Positions 60,191 to 64,000 of a stretch of 64,000 nt of DNA are shown here, piece after piece. The stretch spans positions 121,059 through 185,058 of the forward strand of contig JBHLMN010000013.1 in assembly GCA_048938105.1 (NCBI GenBank). Direction: 5' to 3'. The position numbers and the translations under genes are program-made. This DNA is from Promethearchaeota archaeon (GTDB taxonomy: Archaea; Asgardarchaeota; Heimdallarchaeia; Hodarchaeales; Hodarchaeaceae). Below the pieces are notes generated by a model, which saw nothing but the letters and a program-made list of their open reading frames with translations, was not told the DNA's origin and made no database searches. Position 1 is the first letter of the stretch, and each line of letters begins with the position of its first letter.

Positions 60191-61150
60191 ATGTATAATT
60201 CTTGCATGCCAGTTGTCATTGAGGATTTAAAAAAGATGTTTTATCCCGATAAAATTGTTTTAGAGCGGATTAATCTCACTGTTGTCGAGGGAGAAACAGT
60301 GGGTATTTTGGGAAATAATGGTGCGGGTAAAACAACACTCCTGCGAATCTTGGCTACATTATTATACCCCTCTTATGGATTTATAAATATTTTTGGCTTG
60401 GATCCTCGTCTTGAGGCCCCTGAAATTAAAAAACTAATTGGCTATCTTCCTGAAAGGTTTTCGTTTTATCCCTACTTCTCTGTAAACGATATTCTTGATT
60501 TTTTCGAGCGTCTTAGCCCCATATACAAAACTGATCAGGAGGAGCTGCGAGAACAAGTCATTAAAATGTTAGGTATAGAATCATTTTTGCAGGTCCGAAT
60601 AAATGCTCTTTCAAAGGGGATGTTACATAAAGTTGGCTTAGCTATCACTCTTATCCACGATCCCCCACTCTTGCTACTCGATGAGCCCACCTCAGGGTTG
60701 GATCCTTTAGTTCGAACTCAAGTCAGAAAAATTTTGATGAATTTAACCGAGGATTTTGAGAAAACCATTTTAATTTCCTCACATATTCTAGAAGATGTTG
60801 AAGCAGTCTGTGATCGTGTTTTCTTTTTAGAAGCAGGAAAAATGCTCCACCAACCCTTTTGGATCTCTGAAATAAAACAAAAATTGTTAAAAATGCAACG
60901 ACTAGAGATCAGGAGTAATAATCCAAGTGATATGTTTAATGAATTATTAGAATTAGAGGAAATCCTATATTGTGACATTAATCCAAGAGGTATTGAAATT
61001 TATTGTAAAATAGATCAAGTGTCAGAGATCTGTGATCATTTGGAAGATGTTCTCAATATAAAAGTGGAAGCAATCAATCATTTAATTTCTTTAGAGGATA
61101 TTTACATTCTAAATCATATCAACATTAATTGGTTGGACTATTTGTCATAA
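60191..61150 (+). CDS. ABC-2 type transporter ATP-binding protein
   Basis: GNNGAGKTT, LSKGM, LLLDEPTSGLDP and SSH motifs. Confidence 0.95.
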   Translation: MYNSCMPVVIEDLKKMFYPDKIVLERINLTVVEGETVGILGNNGAGKTTLLRILATLLYPSYGFINIFGLDPRLEAPEIKKLIGYLPERFSFYPYFSVNDILDFFERLSPIYKTDQEELREQVIKMLGIESFLQVRINALSKGMLHKVGLAITLIHDPPLLLLDEPTSGLDPLVRTQVRKILMNLTEDFEKTILISSHILEDVEAVCDRVFFLEAGKMLHQPFWISEIKQKLLKMQRLEIRSNNPSDMFNELLELEEILYCDINPRGIEIYCKIDQVSEICDHLEDVLNIKVEAINHLISLEDIYILNHININWLDYLS

Positions 61151-62688
61151 TAATTATGGGGGATGAGTTATTGCAGAGTACAATGCTATTTTATATCACA
61201 AATGAGATCAAAGTCAGATTAAAGACATCTATGCTTCTATGGTGTTACTATGGGAGTATTTTTTGTATCAGTATTCCAAACTTACTGGCAACAATCCTCT
61301 TTAACGAGTTTGAGCTCTATCAAACTCTACCAAGTATCTTTCTTTTCCTTTTATTGTTATTTTTTCCCCTAAATTTGGATATCATTGCTCGAGAAAGTCA
61401 CTTAAATATGTTAGACTATTTAATTATGAGCTCAGCTAGATTTAAAACGATTTATGCCGCGAGAATTATTGCTAATGCGTTGTTAATGATTATTCCAATA
61501 ACCATTGGATTCTTAAGTATCTTCTTTGGACAATTTTTCGTTACCGACTTCTTAGATATCTTCATTTTTGCCCCTTTATTATTAGGCTATATGTTAATTA
61601 TTTTACTTTTCTTCCTTTTTTGGTTCTTAATTGCGATGATAATACAGGTAATTATTGAATTGAAATATCCTGACTCTTCATTTCGCGTAATTCTTTATTA
61701 TTGCGGATTAATAACCATGATTGGCTCATTATTTCTTCTAAATAGATTATTAAAAACCTCATTCATTATTATTGGAGTTTTTTTCGAATATAAGTTGTTT
61801 GAAAATATATTCCTCTCATTTAATGAGATTATTATAGGCTGCATAATAGCCCAATTGCTTCTTTCATTGATCATAAACAAAAGGATTAAGCTTATCATGA
61901 AAAAAATGTTGAGAAGAGATCAAGAAATGCAAACTGGGAAAGTTCTACCAAAATTTGGCCTATATACATTGTTAGAAGCAGAAAGATCCATTAAAAGCTC
62001 ATTGTGGAGAAGGATGGGTCCATACTTTAATGCTGTGCCATATTTGCTCATATTTATCGTGTTACTAGATAAATCTAGCCTCATGGAAAACTTTATGTTA
62101 GTTCTTGGGATTCATTTCTTTTTTATTCTCCTTTATGTACTCCTAATAGTATTTCCACGAATAATAATCGAGAAAGAGTTTAATATGGAGGAACTACTAT
62201 TGTCTCGGATAACAATTTATCAATACTTCTTTGATAAGATCCTCCTATTATTCCGTAGTATCTTTTTCCCTTTCATAATTGCAACAATCATGATAACAAT
62301 CCTTTCATGGCCTTCTCTTTTTCATCCAAACTCGATTTATGTTTTTACGATTCTAATAATACGTGCTTTCTACTTTGTATCGGTCATTATTTTTGTTTGG
62401 CGGTTATTCCCATCCAAGAATTTGTTACAAACATCTCTGTTTTCCATTATTGGGTTAGAAATCCTTGGATTTCTCGTAATTCGTTTTATATGTCCAGATG
62501 ATTATACCAACCAATTTGCCTATTCACCAATCATTGGAAGCATTTCAATTCCAAGTATTATGCTTCATCCTAATATCGAAAACTGTACTTATTCAATATT
62601 CTTTTCTATATATTCAAATTTAATACTTTCAATAGCTTTATTTCTTGGTTCACTAGTATTAATTAAGTCCGAGGTTCGTTTTGAATGA
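61129..62688 (+). CDS. ABC-2 type permease (two fused halves); true start probably further downstream
   Basis: About 12 TMs; duplicated IARE...MLDYLI and IIIEKE.NMEELLLSR motifs; follows the ATPase. Confidence 0.75.
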   Translation: MVGLFVIIIMGDELLQSTMLFYITNEIKVRLKTSMLLWCYYGSIFCISIPNLLATILFNEFELYQTLPSIFLFLLLLFFPLNLDIIARESHLNMLDYLIMSSARFKTIYAARIIANALLMIIPITIGFLSIFFGQFFVTDFLDIFIFAPLLLGYMLIILLFFLFWFLIAMIIQVIIELKYPDSSFRVILYYCGLITMIGSLFLLNRLLKTSFIIIGVFFEYKLFENIFLSFNEIIIGCIIAQLLLSLIINKRIKLIMKKMLRRDQEMQTGKVLPKFGLYTLLEAERSIKSSLWRRMGPYFNAVPYLLIFIVLLDKSSLMENFMLVLGIHFFFILLYVLLIVFPRIIIEKEFNMEELLLSRITIYQYFFDKILLLFRSIFFPFIIATIMITILSWPSLFHPNSIYVFTILIIRAFYFVSVIIFVWRLFPSKNLLQTSLFSIIGLEILGFLVIRFICPDDYTNQFAYSPIIGSISIPSIMLHPNIENCTYSIFFSIYSNLILSIALFLGSLVLIKSEVRFE

Positions 62689-62773
62689 AAACAATCTTAT
62701 GTTTCGGATCAAGAAAAGGATTAAATATATTAAAGATCAATGAAAGGATGAATATCCTTAGGGAGTATTTTAA

Positions 62774-62986
62774 GTGAATATCGGTCAGAGAAGATGTCAT
62801 TATTGTGGGCTTGAAGAATCCAGTTGGAAGCGGGCAAATGGGTACTTCTGTTCGTTTGGATGTATGATAAGGTTCATAGTTTCTCCAAGAATCATCAAAG
62901 CTTTAGTCGCATTTATTGTGATATTCTTTCTTCTTACTTTTCTTAGCTTCATTCGATATGTCGCTGAGAGTAATCTTCATTTCTAA
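62774..62986 (+). CDS. Small Cys4 zinc-finger protein with C-terminal TM
   Basis: CHYCG...YFCSFGC, then one hydrophobic helix. Confidence 0.6.
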   Translation: MNIGQRRCHYCGLEESSWKRANGYFCSFGCMIRFIVSPRIIKALVAFIVIFFLLTFLSFIRYVAESNLHF

Positions 62987-63002
62987 TCATATAGGGAAGA
63001 AA

Positions 63003-63521
63003 ATGACAAAATCCATACCAAATTTTGAGTTCATTGCTAACAAGATTCGAAACCAGACATTTGGATTATTGGACATTATTTCTCCAGAAGGAGAAACACA
63101 AACGTCAGGCGTTTCATATGGGGTCTCTCCCCCAGAATCAAAATTTGGGATCTATATATTAAGCAATCAAAATGATCTAAATTTTAAGAAAATCAAGGGC
63201 AATCCTCGAATATCATTCTCAATCCCACTCTGTCACCGTTTTATCTGTTTTTTACCTTTTTCTACAGTTTATTTTGAATCAAAAGCTGAAATTATCCCTT
63301 ATAATAATTCGGAAGCCCAGAAAATATTCAGGAAAACCCGAAAATTAAGAACAATGCTCAAAGAAGCTATTAAATTAAATGAAGAGAAAGGTCTAATCTT
63401 CATTCGATTAAAACCTAGCAAAAGGGTATTGTTATATAGACCAAGTCTTAGCTTCCGTTCTTTGTTACGAAAAAATGAAAGAACATACGATATAATCAAA
63501 ATACCTGAGGATAAATACTAG
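63003..63521 (+). CDS. Pyridoxamine 5'-phosphate oxidase-like FMN-binding split-barrel protein
   Basis: FGLLDIISPEG..Q.SGVSY and KKIKGNPRISFSIP motifs; ATG 63003 preferred over 62958. Confidence 0.75.
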   Translation: MTKSIPNFEFIANKIRNQTFGLLDIISPEGETQTSGVSYGVSPPESKFGIYILSNQNDLNFKKIKGNPRISFSIPLCHRFICFLPFSTVYFESKAEIIPYNNSEAQKIFRKTRKLRTMLKEAIKLNEEKGLIFIRLKPSKRVLLYRPSLSFRSLLRKNERTYDIIKIPEDKY

Positions 63522-63671
63522 TGATAAAGCAATGGATCTCTCTAACTATACAGGGAAGAATTCAAGAGTGTAAACCGACATGATTTTAAGTTTCAGCATT
63601 CCCTAATTTCAGTTTGAGAGTTCTGATATGAAAAATTAATTAGGTATCATGGAGGAAAAGTTAATTGAGCA

Positions 63672-63956
63672 ATGTATAGGGAGACAATGACAATGATATT
63701 GGAAACCAATAACTTCCATTCAATAGGATTATTATTAATAGTAATTCTTCTCAACTTGGTAATAGGTTTTCTAGTAGCTTTAGGTTTAGGAGTATCTTAT
63801 TATCATTTCAAGTGGCGTGATTCTCGTCAAGTTGAGAAGGATAGACCGTTCCTTGATACTTATGCTTTTATTATTTACAATAAAAGCAGATCATTCCTGA
63901 TTCATAAAGCCGGGCCCAGAAGTACTAGGTCTTACCGATTCTCCACAAGCGTTTAA
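63672..63956 (+). CDS. Hypothetical single-TM protein, possibly frameshifted and continuing past the window end
   Basis: One long TM; the +1 frame is open from about 63901 to 64000. Confidence 0.45.
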   Translation: MYRETMTMILETNNFHSIGLLLIVILLNLVIGFLVALGLGVSYYHFKWRDSRQVEKDRPFLDTYAFIIYNKSRSFLIHKAGPRSTRSYRFSTSV

Positions 63957-64000
63957 AGTCTCCGAGGAACTCACGGCGACTAAATTATCAGATGGATGGA

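Noticed and set aside
1944-63499. Short ORFs nested in or antisense to well-supported genes (e.g. 1944-2168, 7557-7877, 31099-31599, 36493-36741, 49421-49780, 50565-50912, 63299-63499)
   Set aside because: Shadow ORFs overlapping confident CDSs or IS ends, with no independent motifs.
63521-63530. GTGATAAAGC match to the predicted TnpB guide
   Set aside because: Only 10 nt in AT-rich DNA and it misses the first guide bases; consistent with chance.
1-64000. CRISPR array or Cas12f-type system associated with either TnpB
   Set aside because: No regularly spaced direct repeats and no cas genes were seen; the second tnpB has IS-type hairpin ends.
1-64000. Genome-wide stop-codon recoding (TAG as Pyl, TGA as Sec)
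   Set aside because: Many genes end in TAG or TGA at family-typical lengths; only isolated internal stops occur, in genes that are otherwise decayed.

Overview
AT-rich archaeal genomic DNA, most likely an Asgard archaeon (Heimdallarchaeia/Hodarchaeales-like). This assignment is inferred from an archaeal/eukaryote-type TrpRS, archaemetzincin, TrmB, a PGF-CTERM protein, two long TPR paralogues and several eukaryotic-signature-like proteins (gelsolin domain, longin domain, LRR, CTL/SLC44-like transporter). The window is a loosely organised run of about 60 metabolic, redox, membrane and regulatory genes. It also holds two tnpA-less IS200/IS605 (TnpB) elements, a TnpB remnant and several broken genes. 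I found no rRNA, tRNA or CRISPR array. Top observations: (1) a ChlI-like AAA+ ORF joined to a VWA ORF by a -1 shift across tandem A_AAA_AAC slippery sites, with a second A-tract-split gene just upstream; (2) a 571-aa HTH/poly-proline/WH2-like/Zn-ribbon protein, a candidate Asgard actin regulator; (3) a single-chain nitroreductase pseudo-dimer fused to a di-heme cytochrome b-like membrane domain; (4) a choline-transporter-like (SLC44/Pns1) homologue. All family assignments come from motif recognition by eye; no searches were run.
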